DNA from: an uncultured Bacteroidaceae bacterium
GTDB taxonomy: Bacteria; Bacillota; Clostridia; Christensenellales; CAG-917
Assembly: GCA_964599875.1 (NCBI GenBank)
Contig: CAZRHE010000004.1
Span: 13,943-77,942, forward strand
Reading direction: 5' to 3'
DNA length: 64,000 nucleotides
The position numbers were made by a program, and so were the translations under genes. Every line of letters begins with the position of its first letter. Position 1 is the first letter of the stretch. Below are positions 9,917-18,828 of the stretch, piece after piece. A model generated the notes under the pieces. It saw nothing but the letters and a program-made list of their open reading frames with translations. It ran no database searches and was not told where the DNA came from.

Positions 9917-9950
9917 AAAAACGCGACGAGGGAATCTCGTCGCGTTTTTT
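9917..9950. terminator. Bidirectional terminator between the small peptide gene and tadA
   Basis: AAAAACGCGACGAG-GGAAT-CTCGTCGCGTTTTTT. Confidence 0.85.
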
Positions 9951-10032
9951 CGTATCGTATAAATTTTGATTGTCGATTTGCGTTATAAAAATAAAACGGA
10001 TTTCACGCCCATATGGCGTCGAAAAGTCGCAA

Positions 10033-10500
10033 CTACTCTTTGTTCTCTTTCTTTTTCAACCGCTTATTTTTGAAAAAGTCGCTGACGATGGAGGAACATT
10101 CCTCTTTCAGCACTCCGCCCTCGACGGACACCGTATGATTGAAAAGTCCGTCTTCGAATATGTTGATTTTGCTCCCCGCCGCCCCCGTTTTTTCGTCGTA
10201 TGCGCCGAAGTAAAGCGCACGTACGCGGGACAGCACCATTGCCATAGCGCACATGGGACAAGGCTCTAACGTAACGTACACGTCGCAATCTTCGAGCCAC
10301 CAATTATCCACGACCTCGGTTGCTTTGCCGAGCGCGAGAATTTCCGCGTGCGACGTCGCGCGATTATCCCTTTCCTTTCTATTTTCGCTTTCCGCGATTA
10401 TCTTTCCGTCCTTGACGACGACCGCGCCTACGGGGACTTCGTCCGCCTCTGCGCTTGCGCGTGCAAGTTCGATTGCTCTACGCATGAATTTTTCTTCCAT
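10033..10500 (-). CDS. tadA: tRNA adenosine(34) deaminase
   Basis: EVPVGAVVV, HAEILAL, YVTLEPCPMC. Confidence 0.95.
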   Translation of the reverse strand: MEEKFMRRAIELARASAEADEVPVGAVVVKDGKIIAESENRKERDNRATSHAEILALGKATEVVDNWWLEDCDVYVTLEPCPMCAMAMVLSRVRALYFGAYDEKTGAAGSKINIFEDGLFNHTVSVEGGVLKEECSSIVSDFFKNKRLKKKENKE

Positions 10501-10506
10501 AATTCC

Positions 10507-10965
10507 TCACTTGTGATAGGGCAAGCCCGCGTTTATCGTGAGCGCCCTATAAATCTGCTCGCTTGCCATAACCCTGAACATTTGATGAGGGAAAGTCATC
10601 TTGCCAAAAGACAAAACGAAATCCGCTTTCTTTCTCGTGTCGTCGTTATGTCCGTGACTGCCACCGATGAGAAAACTAAATTCCCCCTCTCCGTCTATGC
10701 ATTTTTTGTTTATGAGTAGGGCTAAATCCTCGCTTGACAATTCCTTTCCTCTTCCGTCGAGGAGAATAATATATCCTTTCGCCTTTTCAAGAAGTCTTTC
10801 GCCCTCTATACGGCTCTGCTCTTCGGGAGTTTTCGACTGCGGCGCGTCGGGAATTTCAATAACCGAAAAATCCGCGAAACGAGATATGCGCTTTGCATAT
10901 TCGCTCACCGCGGAAGAATAGTAATTTTCTTTGATTTTGCCAACTGCTATAAGGTTGATTTTCAT
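10507..10965 (-). CDS. rlmH: 23S rRNA pseudouridine-1915 N3-methyltransferase
   Basis: MKINLIAVGKIKE, FLIGGSHG, TFPHQMFRV, EQIYRA, PYHK. Confidence 0.96.
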   Translation of the reverse strand: MKINLIAVGKIKENYYSSAVSEYAKRISRFADFSVIEIPDAPQSKTPEEQSRIEGERLLEKAKGYIILLDGRGKELSSEDLALLINKKCIDGEGEFSFLIGGSHGHNDDTRKKADFVLSFGKMTFPHQMFRVMASEQIYRALTINAGLPYHK

Positions 10966-11939
10966 CGCATAATCCCCCAAACAAGACTAAACGCCGTCGT
11001 CGCGACGCCCACCGCCACCGTTATCCAAAACAGCGCGCTTTTATATATCGGACGAGAGAGTGCGTCCCCGGAGTAAAAAGGCTCCGCCTCTATCCTATAT
11101 TCTTCCACTGCGTCCTTTCTCATTCTGTAGAAAAGGAATATCACGACCGCAACCGCGATAAGCGCGATTATCGTCCCGACGAGATAGCCGACGAAAGAGG
11201 AATAAAACCAATCCGACACCCGACCGATAAAGGATAACCAACCGCCCGTATATTCACCGTATCCCCACAACACCGAAATAGCGTTGTTGAGAAAATGCAC
11301 GAGCATCGCAGGGAAAATCGAGCCGCTGTAATAGACGAGAAGGGAAAGCACTATTCCGTCGAAAAAAGTGTAACCCGTTTGTCTGATATTCTGGTGCATA
11401 AGGCTAAACAGCAATGCTGAAATCAGCACGACTTTATAACCCCTGTCGCGATAGCACGCAAACAGCAAGCCCCTATGCGTAAATTCCTCGAATATCGCGG
11501 GCAAAAGTGCGGTCAAAATAAGTTCTGCAAACAGCACTCCGACCGAGGTGTATTCGGTTTTCGAAGACACGTAAACGTAGCCGATTTTTCGTAGCACCAT
11601 AGACCACGCAACCGAGAGAATGGAAGCAAGATAAAACATACAAACGCCAATGATAGTAGCACGCCCCATATCACGCAAAGAGGGTTTTTTGAAGTTAAAT
11701 TCGTAGAATAAAACCCCGATTTCGTTTTTTCTTCTATTCGTGCAAAGCAAAAACCACAACGAAAAAGGCACTATCCCGAAACATATGATTTGAACGATTA
11801 AAGAGAAAAAAACGTCGCTGTCCGCGCCCAAATTTTCGAATACGTTTTCACCCGTCGCAACCCGCAAAAGCAGGGTGCAAATTATGACTACGGCGTATGC
11901 GATTTCTCCTCCCGTCCTCTTCGTCAAAGCGTTTTTCAT
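10962..11939 (-). CDS. CPBP (CAAX/Abi) intramembrane glutamic protease
   Basis: PAIFEEFTHRG, LFSLMH and HFLNN motifs; multiple TM helices. Confidence 0.9.
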   Translation of the reverse strand: MKNALTKRTGGEIAYAVVIICTLLLRVATGENVFENLGADSDVFFSLIVQIICFGIVPFSLWFLLCTNRRKNEIGVLFYEFNFKKPSLRDMGRATIIGVCMFYLASILSVAWSMVLRKIGYVYVSSKTEYTSVGVLFAELILTALLPAIFEEFTHRGLLFACYRDRGYKVVLISALLFSLMHQNIRQTGYTFFDGIVLSLLVYYSGSIFPAMLVHFLNNAISVLWGYGEYTGGWLSFIGRVSDWFYSSFVGYLVGTIIALIAVAVVIFLFYRMRKDAVEEYRIEAEPFYSGDALSRPIYKSALFWITVAVGVATTAFSLVWGIMR

Positions 11940-13027
11940 AGCCACGTAATAAGGAAGGTCAAAATCCAATAAAACACCGCGAATCCGATTGCAAGCCACA
12001 CGTTGACCATGCCTTTCGTTTTGCCGTAACACTCCACTCCCGCCGAATCGTAAAGCGCGTAATATACCCTTTGCCAGCCATATTTTGTGAAGAGGGAGCG
12101 GATGAAAGCAAAGCAGTTTTTCACGGGATTAGACTTTTTCTTGTCGCCGTCGTAAGTCACGGTAATTGTGTAATCGCCGAAATCCGCCGTGTTTTCATAC
12201 AGCGAAAATTCCGCTTTCTTTCCCTTGCCGAGTTTGTAATAAGCGTAGAACAAAATCGCGAGCAAAAACAATCCGACGACCACGCTGACCGCCCCCGTCA
12301 AGAAATTCCAATATCCGAGATTCAAGACGATTTCGTCCACTTCGGGGATATATGCGGTCACGGTCAAGGTGATGAAGTTGTTAAGGAAGTGCACTATCAT
12401 ACAAGGGATAATAGACCCCGACAGTATGAATACGATTGCAAGCACGACGCCGAGCCCGAATTGATGCACCGTCTGCAAGGGATTTGCATGCATAAGGCTG
12501 AAAAGCAATGCGGAAATGAATATGCCGAAAGTTATATCGCGGGTGTTGAGTCCGCCGAGAAGAAGTCCTCTGCAAACGAGTTCTTCCCCTATCGCGGGCA
12601 AGACCGCCATGCAAAGCAATGCAAGGAAATACACCCCGACCGACGAGAAATTGATTGTGATTACGCTGTTCACGGGATAGCCTATGACCGCGAGAAATTG
12701 CATAAACAACAGCGCAAGCGGATAAAACACCAAAATCGTGCAAAACGCTATGGGGAACAAAAGAAGATATTGCCCTATATTGCGAGAGGGTTTGAGTTTC
12801 GCGACCGCGACTATATCCGCCTTTCGCACCGAGCAAAAAATCACCGCCACCGCGATGAATCCGATTTGCGTCACGAAATAACTCATCCAATTCGCCACGC
12901 TCATTCCGGCAAACGTCCCCGTCCTTCCGTTCAAAATGTAATAGAAAATCGTAGAAAGCAAAGATGCTCCGCATATCGCGAGCAAGTAGGACGACGCACT
13001 TTCGTTTGCAGTTAATTTATTTCTCAT
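11936..13027 (-). CDS. CPBP (CAAX/Abi) intramembrane glutamic protease, tandem paralog
   Basis: PAIGEELVCRG, LFSLMH and HFLNN motifs. Confidence 0.9.
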   Translation of the reverse strand: MRNKLTANESASSYLLAICGASLLSTIFYYILNGRTGTFAGMSVANWMSYFVTQIGFIAVAVIFCSVRKADIVAVAKLKPSRNIGQYLLLFPIAFCTILVFYPLALLFMQFLAVIGYPVNSVITINFSSVGVYFLALLCMAVLPAIGEELVCRGLLLGGLNTRDITFGIFISALLFSLMHANPLQTVHQFGLGVVLAIVFILSGSIIPCMIVHFLNNFITLTVTAYIPEVDEIVLNLGYWNFLTGAVSVVVGLFLLAILFYAYYKLGKGKKAEFSLYENTADFGDYTITVTYDGDKKKSNPVKNCFAFIRSLFTKYGWQRVYYALYDSAGVECYGKTKGMVNVWLAIGFAVFYWILTFLITWL

Positions 13028-13800
13028 TCCGCCTCGTATAGTTTTCCCGTTTCGTGCTGCAAGGCAAGGTCCACTCTCATATCCGAATTATGGCTTTCGA
13101 GCTTTTGTTTCACCGTGCGGAGCGCGATTTCGGGAAGATTGTTGTTTTCGCTCAAATGTCCGAGTATGAGAGTTTGCACCCTCGTACCTATAAGGTTTTC
13201 CGCCATGATAGCGGACGAATCGTTGCTCAAATGTCCGAGATTGCCGAGGATTCTGCGTTTCAGCGCGGGAGCATAATCCCCGTTTTTCAGCATTTCTTCG
13301 TCGTAGTTGGATTCGAGCAACACGACTTCGCTGTTTTTGACGTTGTTAAGCACTCCCCTTGTAGGAATGCCCATATCAGTAGCGACGCTGACCGCGCGTC
13401 CGCCGTGGGAAAAGGTGTATCCGAGAGGATACGCCGCGTCGTGCGGAATCCTAAACGGAGAAACCTCTATATCCCCTATCGTAAAGCCGTTTTCGTAGAA
13501 ATCCACGCTACGATAGTTTTTGACGTCCCCCTGCTTTTTATATATTGCCTTGACGGTTTCCGTATGTGCGTAAAGTGGGACGACGGGATTTATTTTGGGA
13601 ATCGCGTATATATGGTCGCTATGCTCGTGCGTGACGACAACCCCGCTCAAATCGCCGAGTGTGAGCCCTACCGAGCGCAACCCTTCTTTTATGCGAGAGC
13701 ACGATATCCCCGCGTCGCAGAGTATCGCCGTATTCTCGGTCATTATAAGAGTTGAATTGCCCTTGCTTCCGCTGGCAATAGGCAAGATTTTTATTCCCAT
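13024..13800 (-). CDS. walJ: MBL-fold metallohydrolase/exonuclease, YycJ/WalJ family
   Basis: ASGSKGN, THEHSDH, PHDA, ESNYD, GHLSN, GHLSENNN; upstream of rlmH as in Bacillus. Confidence 0.85.
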   Translation of the reverse strand: MGIKILPIASGSKGNSTLIMTENTAILCDAGISCSRIKEGLRSVGLTLGDLSGVVVTHEHSDHIYAIPKINPVVPLYAHTETVKAIYKKQGDVKNYRSVDFYENGFTIGDIEVSPFRIPHDAAYPLGYTFSHGGRAVSVATDMGIPTRGVLNNVKNSEVVLLESNYDEEMLKNGDYAPALKRRILGNLGHLSNDSSAIMAENLIGTRVQTLILGHLSENNNLPEIALRTVKQKLESHNSDMRVDLALQHETGKLYEAE

Positions 13801-13854
13801 TTATTCGTCTATAAAATCATAATACAAAAAGTTTAACCTTTCGTTAAAGAAATT

Positions 13855-13880
13855 GCGTCCGCAAAGTTTTTTGCGGACGC
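13855..13880 (-). terminator. Probable terminator ending the shared-motif operon
   Basis: GCGTCCGCAA/TTGCGGACGC stem; only a partial U tract on the minus strand. Confidence 0.6.
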
Positions 13881-13887
13881 TTTGCCG

Positions 13888-14736
13888 TTAAATCATATCG
13901 TTGCCGTAATAATTCGTCGTATTCGCTTTGTCCTGCTTTTTGCCCGACTTGCCGAGAGCGATTGCGATGATGACGGAAATTATGAATCCTATCGTCGCAA
14001 GTCCGCATACGACTATGGACGCTTTGTCGTTTGCAAGGACGAAATTGCCCGCTATGATGCGATAGACGAGCGCCGCGTCCACCGTTGCCGCAGAGCAAAG
14101 GTACAACACCGTCGCGAATCCCGCGGGGAGTTTGCCGACGATAAGGGACACGAGAGTGAGCAACACGCATATCGCGGAGAATCCCGCACTGATTATATAA
14201 AGGAGCGCAAGCGCGAGATTTTGAGGTGCGACGCCGCCAATCCAACTCGTGATTATGCCGATAACGTTAAATTCCGAGAAGTCGAGCCCGATAATTTGAG
14301 GCTTGAAGTAGGCAAGCAAGTACGCCGCGACGACCGCCGCCGAGAACAAAAACAAGAAGAAGGACGCAATGCGCACTTTTGCTTTGTCGCTTTTCTTTTT
14401 CGCTTTCTTGTGTGCGTGGGTTTCTTCCATATCCGACACTCTTTCGCCGTAGTATTCGTTTGCACTCTGACCGTCCGTGCGCAACACGTCGCTATCCTGC
14501 GTCATATAAGGCACGACCGCAAGCGGCACGATAATGGGTTGCAATTGCACGGTATTGTGCTTGGGTGCGACGATGGGGACGGGACCGCCCATTCCGACGG
14601 GTTTCATAACCGTCGTTTCCATGCCTGCGTCGGGTTGAGGAGAGCCGTACGCCTCGCTTTCGTATACGACCTCTTCGAGGGGAATATTGTTTTCTACCTC
14701 GGGGGTAAATTTTTGAACGTTTTCTTTCTTTGCCAT
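13888..14736 (-). CDS. Uncharacterised 4-TM membrane protein with a disordered N-terminus carrying QLQPIIVPLAVVPYMTQD
   Basis: AGGAG RBS; hydrophilic N-terminus, Lys-rich patch, four hydrophobic helices. Confidence 0.8.
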   Translation of the reverse strand: MAKKENVQKFTPEVENNIPLEEVVYESEAYGSPQPDAGMETTVMKPVGMGGPVPIVAPKHNTVQLQPIIVPLAVVPYMTQDSDVLRTDGQSANEYYGERVSDMEETHAHKKAKKKSDKAKVRIASFFLFLFSAAVVAAYLLAYFKPQIIGLDFSEFNVIGIITSWIGGVAPQNLALALLYIISAGFSAICVLLTLVSLIVGKLPAGFATVLYLCSAATVDAALVYRIIAGNFVLANDKASIVVCGLATIGFIISVIIAIALGKSGKKQDKANTTNYYGNDMI

Positions 14737-14753
14737 AAGTTTCTCCTTAAAAC

Positions 14754-15488
14754 TCAGCGAGTATATCCCGACTTATCGGGGTTGATGACGGAGCATATAA
14801 CGCTCACGATTATTCCGAATACTGCGGTCGCGAAAAGGGTGAACCATTCACTAGTCTGCCAGCCGTGTATAACGTCTTGCATAAAGTCGATTTTTGCCAC
14901 TCCCATACTATCCGCACCGACGAGGGCTATGATAAACAGCACCGCCACGAACACGAAGTACGCCACCGAACAAGCGGTATATTTCTTGACTTTGACCGCA
15001 CCGCAAACACCTAATATAGCCTTCAAAATATTGCACAGCACGAACAGCAATCCGACGCATAGGATGAAGTCGGGAATCAGCATGACGAGATTTCCGCCGT
15101 TCGATGCATAATTCACGATATGACCTATCGCGTTATACTTGTCGAGGACGTAGGCAAAAGGCAGAAAATCCGTCTTTACGCCGAACACCGCGAACAAATA
15201 CGGCAACGCGACGACCGCTTCCGCAATCAGCATGAGCAGTCCGCATATAAAGTTCTTCCCGCGTTTACGGCGCTTCCACGTCTTTCCGACGTCCTTCGCT
15301 TTGGGCTGGAAGTCGTCCACGGTGGAATATTCCTGCGCGGGACTTTGCGGGTCGTCTATTTCAAGGGACGGGCGCAACACGAAATCCTGCCTTACGGACG
15401 GCAGTTGATTTACGTCCCCTCCTCTCATAGGGGCGGGCGCAAGCCTGATTCCCATTTCATCGACCTTTTTCTCTTTGGGTTTTTCCAT
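14754..15488 (-). CDS. Uncharacterised 4-TM membrane protein, paralog of 13888-14736
   Basis: Same layout; AVVALPYLFAVF vs AAVVAAYLLAYF and YNAIGHI vs FNVIGII. Confidence 0.8.
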   Translation of the reverse strand: MEKPKEKKVDEMGIRLAPAPMRGGDVNQLPSVRQDFVLRPSLEIDDPQSPAQEYSTVDDFQPKAKDVGKTWKRRKRGKNFICGLLMLIAEAVVALPYLFAVFGVKTDFLPFAYVLDKYNAIGHIVNYASNGGNLVMLIPDFILCVGLLFVLCNILKAILGVCGAVKVKKYTACSVAYFVFVAVLFIIALVGADSMGVAKIDFMQDVIHGWQTSEWFTLFATAVFGIIVSVICSVINPDKSGYTR

Positions 15489-15489
15489 A

Positions 15490-16659
15490 CTAAATCTTCT
15501 TATCCGACTTATTTGCCGAAGTCTGTACGGGTGTTGCGACGGGTGCCGCGGGGACGTCCGCAGGAACGTATTGCATCAAAGGTTGATCCTGCGTCACGTA
15601 AGGCACGAACGCCACGGGTTGTACGATGGGAGGCATTTGATAAGGCTCTCCCGTTTCCTTGTTGTAAAGCACGGGTGCCGCGTAAGGCGGATATTGCGCC
15701 GCGGGTGCGCCCGCAGGATAGGCGGGATAAGGAGCATAGGGATATCCTCCCGCATAGGGTTGCGTGGGTTGCGAAAAACTCGCCTGCTCTTCCGTCTTGG
15801 GTTTTTCTATGGTTTTGGTCTGTGCGTTTTCAAATTCCTTCCCCGCAAACTCCGCAAAGGTAGGCGTTTTGCGCACTTCGAGATTCACGCTGTCGACGGG
15901 TATTTTCTTCGCTTTGCGCTTGACGGGGGGAGATTGTTTGATTTTGCCTTTCGCAAGGAGCAAAGTCGCTCTCGCGCGGTTTCTTCCGCAGTGCAAACAC
16001 GCGGTAACCGTCAAAGGATTTATTGTTCCGCAAGCGGGGCAAACGTAGGTATCCGATTCGATTTCGTCCTCGTCGATTTCGGAATACGGGTCGGAGTAAT
16101 ATCCGACGAGTTCTTTAAGCGACGCCGCCGCCTTTCTCAATTTTGCGACGTCCTCGGAGCCCATTTCGTCGATTTTTTCGCGATATGCGTCGAGAATCCT
16201 CGCTTGTTTCGAAAGTTCTTGATTAGTGCGTTCGCGATAATCGTCGACCTCTTGAATACTCTTCGCCTTGTCGTCGAGCATCTTTGCGCGCTTGTCCGCG
16301 ATTTCCTTGTCGATGCCCTTCATTCTTTCCTTGACGAGAAGGTCGAGTTTCAGTTTCGTCTTTCTCATCTCGATGACGTCGAGGTTGTCGTGAGTTTCTT
16401 CGTTGCGAGGCAAAGGCGCGCCGCAAGACACGCAAAACTTCGCGCCGGGAAGGTTTTTCGCTCCGCAAATCACGCAAACGGGTTTTGCAAGGACGCCTAA
16501 AATGTTACCGCATTTGGCACAGTAACGACTGCCTGCGCTGTTCTTCGTCCCGCAAGACGGGCATTCGCTCTCGTAGTTGTCGGCGACGTCCGCTCCGCAA
16601 GCGGTGCAAAACGCTTGACCGGGGACTACTTCGCTTCCGCAAATTTTACAAGTGAACAT
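15490..16659 (-). CDS. Multi zinc-ribbon (DZR), coiled-coil and RanBP2-like finger protein with a Pro/Tyr/Ala-rich tail
   Basis: Three N-terminal CxxC-x10-CxxC units, a charged helical segment, CPACGTIN..CLHCG and a PYAGGYPYAPYPAYP tail. Confidence 0.85.
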   Translation of the reverse strand: MFTCKICGSEVVPGQAFCTACGADVADNYESECPSCGTKNSAGSRYCAKCGNILGVLAKPVCVICGAKNLPGAKFCVSCGAPLPRNEETHDNLDVIEMRKTKLKLDLLVKERMKGIDKEIADKRAKMLDDKAKSIQEVDDYRERTNQELSKQARILDAYREKIDEMGSEDVAKLRKAAASLKELVGYYSDPYSEIDEDEIESDTYVCPACGTINPLTVTACLHCGRNRARATLLLAKGKIKQSPPVKRKAKKIPVDSVNLEVRKTPTFAEFAGKEFENAQTKTIEKPKTEEQASFSQPTQPYAGGYPYAPYPAYPAGAPAAQYPPYAAPVLYNKETGEPYQMPPIVQPVAFVPYVTQDQPLMQYVPADVPAAPVATPVQTSANKSDKKI

Positions 16660-16684
16660 AATATCCTCATTTCCGCATAAGCGG

Positions 16685-18316
16685 TTATTTTACTTTGTAA
16701 CTGTCTTTGAGCCCGACGATGGAATTGTATTCTTCTCCGTCCACCGCTCTCTTGATGAAATATCCTTCGCGCAAGAATTGGAATCTTTCCCCCGCTTTCG
16801 CGTCTTTGAGGAAACTTTCCGCCTTGCCGTTAAGGACGGTGAGAGAATTGCGATTCACTCTATCCATATAGTCTTCGGGACCGTCGATTATAAGATAATC
16901 GAACATATTGAGTTTGACGTCTACGGCGTCTTTTGCATTGACCCAATGTATGGTGCCCTTGACTTTGATATTCGCGCCCTCTTCCCCCGACTTCGTGCCT
17001 TCGAGATAATCCACGTGCACCGCGACGACTTTGCCGTTTTCGTCCATATCGCAACCGTTATACTTCACGACGTACGCACCTTTAAGACGCACGATTCCGT
17101 CGGGTTTCAAACGGAAGAATTTCGGCGGAGGATCGAGTGCGAAATCGTCCTCTTCGATAAAAAGTTCTTTCGAGAAAGTCGCAACGTGAGTGCCTGCGTC
17201 CTCTTTTTGAGGATTGTTTTCGATATAGCAATCTTCGGACTTGTCGTCGGGATAGTTGTCCACGATGAGTTTCAAGGGTTTCGTCACGACCATCGCTCTC
17301 GTTGCGTTGAGATTGAGGTTTTCTCTCACGCAGTGTTCGAGGATTGCGATATCCACTTCGCTATCCGCCTTGGACACGCCTATGCGGGAGCAGAAATCTC
17401 TGACCGCTTCGGGGGGATATCCTCTTTCCCTGATTCCGCTCAACGTAGAAAGACGGGGATCGTTCCAGCCCCACACGACGCCCTCGTCTACAAGACGTTT
17501 GATGAAACGCTTGCTCATGACGGTGTGCGTAAGGTTGAGTCTTGCAAATTCTATCTGACGGGGACGAGGCGCGGGGAATCCGCAATTCTCGGTGACCCAA
17601 TCGTACAAAGGTCTGTGGTTTTCAAATTCAAGTGAGCACAGGGAGTGCGTGATGCCCTCGACTGCGTCCTCGATGGGATGCGCAAAGTCGTACATGGGAT
17701 AGATAACCCACTCCGCGCCGGTGTGCGGATGCTCCGCATGGCAAATGCGATAGATGACGGGGTCGCGCATGTTGATATTAGGGGACGCCATATCGATTTT
17801 TGCACGCAATACTCTTGCGCCGTCCTCGAATTCACCCGCTTTCATTCTTTCGAACAAATCCAAATTCTCCTCGACCGAACGATTGCGATAAGGGCTTTCC
17901 TTGCCGGGTTCGGTGAGAGTGCCTCTCGTTTGACGAATTTCTTCTGCGGTGAGGTCGCAAACGTACGCCTTGCCGTCGCGAATGAGTTTCAACGCACATT
18001 CGTACATTTTGCCGAAATAATCGGATGCGTTGAGCACTCTGTCCCACTTGAAGCCGAGCCATTCGATATCCTCTTTTATGGATTCCATATACTCGACGTC
18101 TTCTTTTGCAGGGTTCGTGTCGTCGAAACGCAAATTACATTCCCCGTGATACTTTTCTTTCATGCCGAAATTTATGCAAAGAGCCTTTGCGTGTCCGATA
18201 TGAAGATAGCCGTTGGGCTCGGGAGGGAATCTGGTGATGATTTTGGACACCTTGCCCGCCGCAAGTTCATCGTCGATGATGTCTTCGATAAAGTTTCTTG
18301 AAGTGATTTCTTCCAT
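16685..18316 (-). CDS. glnS: Glutaminyl-tRNA synthetase
   Basis: TRFPPEPNGYLHIGH, RFDDTNP, YPMYDF, MSKR, FQFLREGYF. Confidence 0.97.
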   Translation of the reverse strand: MEEITSRNFIEDIIDDELAAGKVSKIITRFPPEPNGYLHIGHAKALCINFGMKEKYHGECNLRFDDTNPAKEDVEYMESIKEDIEWLGFKWDRVLNASDYFGKMYECALKLIRDGKAYVCDLTAEEIRQTRGTLTEPGKESPYRNRSVEENLDLFERMKAGEFEDGARVLRAKIDMASPNINMRDPVIYRICHAEHPHTGAEWVIYPMYDFAHPIEDAVEGITHSLCSLEFENHRPLYDWVTENCGFPAPRPRQIEFARLNLTHTVMSKRFIKRLVDEGVVWGWNDPRLSTLSGIRERGYPPEAVRDFCSRIGVSKADSEVDIAILEHCVRENLNLNATRAMVVTKPLKLIVDNYPDDKSEDCYIENNPQKEDAGTHVATFSKELFIEEDDFALDPPPKFFRLKPDGIVRLKGAYVVKYNGCDMDENGKVVAVHVDYLEGTKSGEEGANIKVKGTIHWVNAKDAVDVKLNMFDYLIIDGPEDYMDRVNRNSLTVLNGKAESFLKDAKAGERFQFLREGYFIKRAVDGEEYNSIVGLKDSYKVK

Positions 18317-18690
18317 TAGCATTTTCCTTTACAGTTGCCGTGCAGATTGATTTCGCTCGTTATAACGCTCGTGTCCTCTCCGTCGATTTCGAAACCGTAC
18401 GGTTTCAATTCCTCGTGCCGTCCCCTGAATTTCAGTTTGACTGGCGCGCCTATTTTGAGTTTGTAGAAAGTCGCGTGGACGAAGAACGTTTTGTCCCCGT
18501 CTTCCACTCCGTCGGCAAACTTGATAAGGTCTACGACCGCGCAGTCCTCGAATATCAGCCTTATAAGCCCCACCGCCTTTCCGTCGTCAAGATACAAAAA
18601 GTTGCAACCGACGGGGGGAAGCGCAATGCCGAGCGACGAGTAAGTTTCTCGGAGATATTCGGAGTCTTGTGCGTACGCGAGCGTTAACAT
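18316..18690 (-). CDS. Hypothetical protein, coupled to glnS (TAATG overlap)
   Basis: 124-aa ORF from ATG 18690 with its own TTGACA-17-TAAGAT promoter. Confidence 0.7.
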   Translation of the reverse strand: MLTLAYAQDSEYLRETYSSLGIALPPVGCNFLYLDDGKAVGLIRLIFEDCAVVDLIKFADGVEDGDKTFFVHATFYKLKIGAPVKLKFRGRHEELKPYGFEIDGEDTSVITSEINLHGNCKGKC

Positions 18691-18700
18691 AGTATATTTT

Positions 18701-18818
18701 ATCTTAATGCTTATTTCTCTCTTTGTCAATGCCAAAACGCACAATTATGCCCGCGAAAGGCTTAATCGAAGGATTATATGCAAATTGTTTTGCATTTCTT
18801 TCGGAGTCGTGTTATAAT
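18701..18818. promoter_or_regulatory. Divergent SigA promoters for the glnS operon and the ecf operon
   Basis: Minus strand: TTGACA (18729-18724)-17-TAAGAT; plus strand: TTGCAT (18790)-17-TATAAT (18813) with an extended -10 TG. Confidence 0.7.
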
Positions 18819-18828
18819 CATCGTCGTT

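Noticed and set aside
9950-10033. tRNA-Ser or SRP RNA expected after tadA
   Set aside because: No cloverleaf, T-loop or SRP motif is visible in this interval.
13832-13848. TTTAAC-N5-GTTAAA inverted repeat upstream of walJ
   Set aside because: Short, AT-rich, single copy, with no adjacent regulator.
16685-18316. GlnRS in a Firmicute as a sign of horizontal transfer
   Set aside because: glnS is common in Clostridia, and codon style matches the neighbours.
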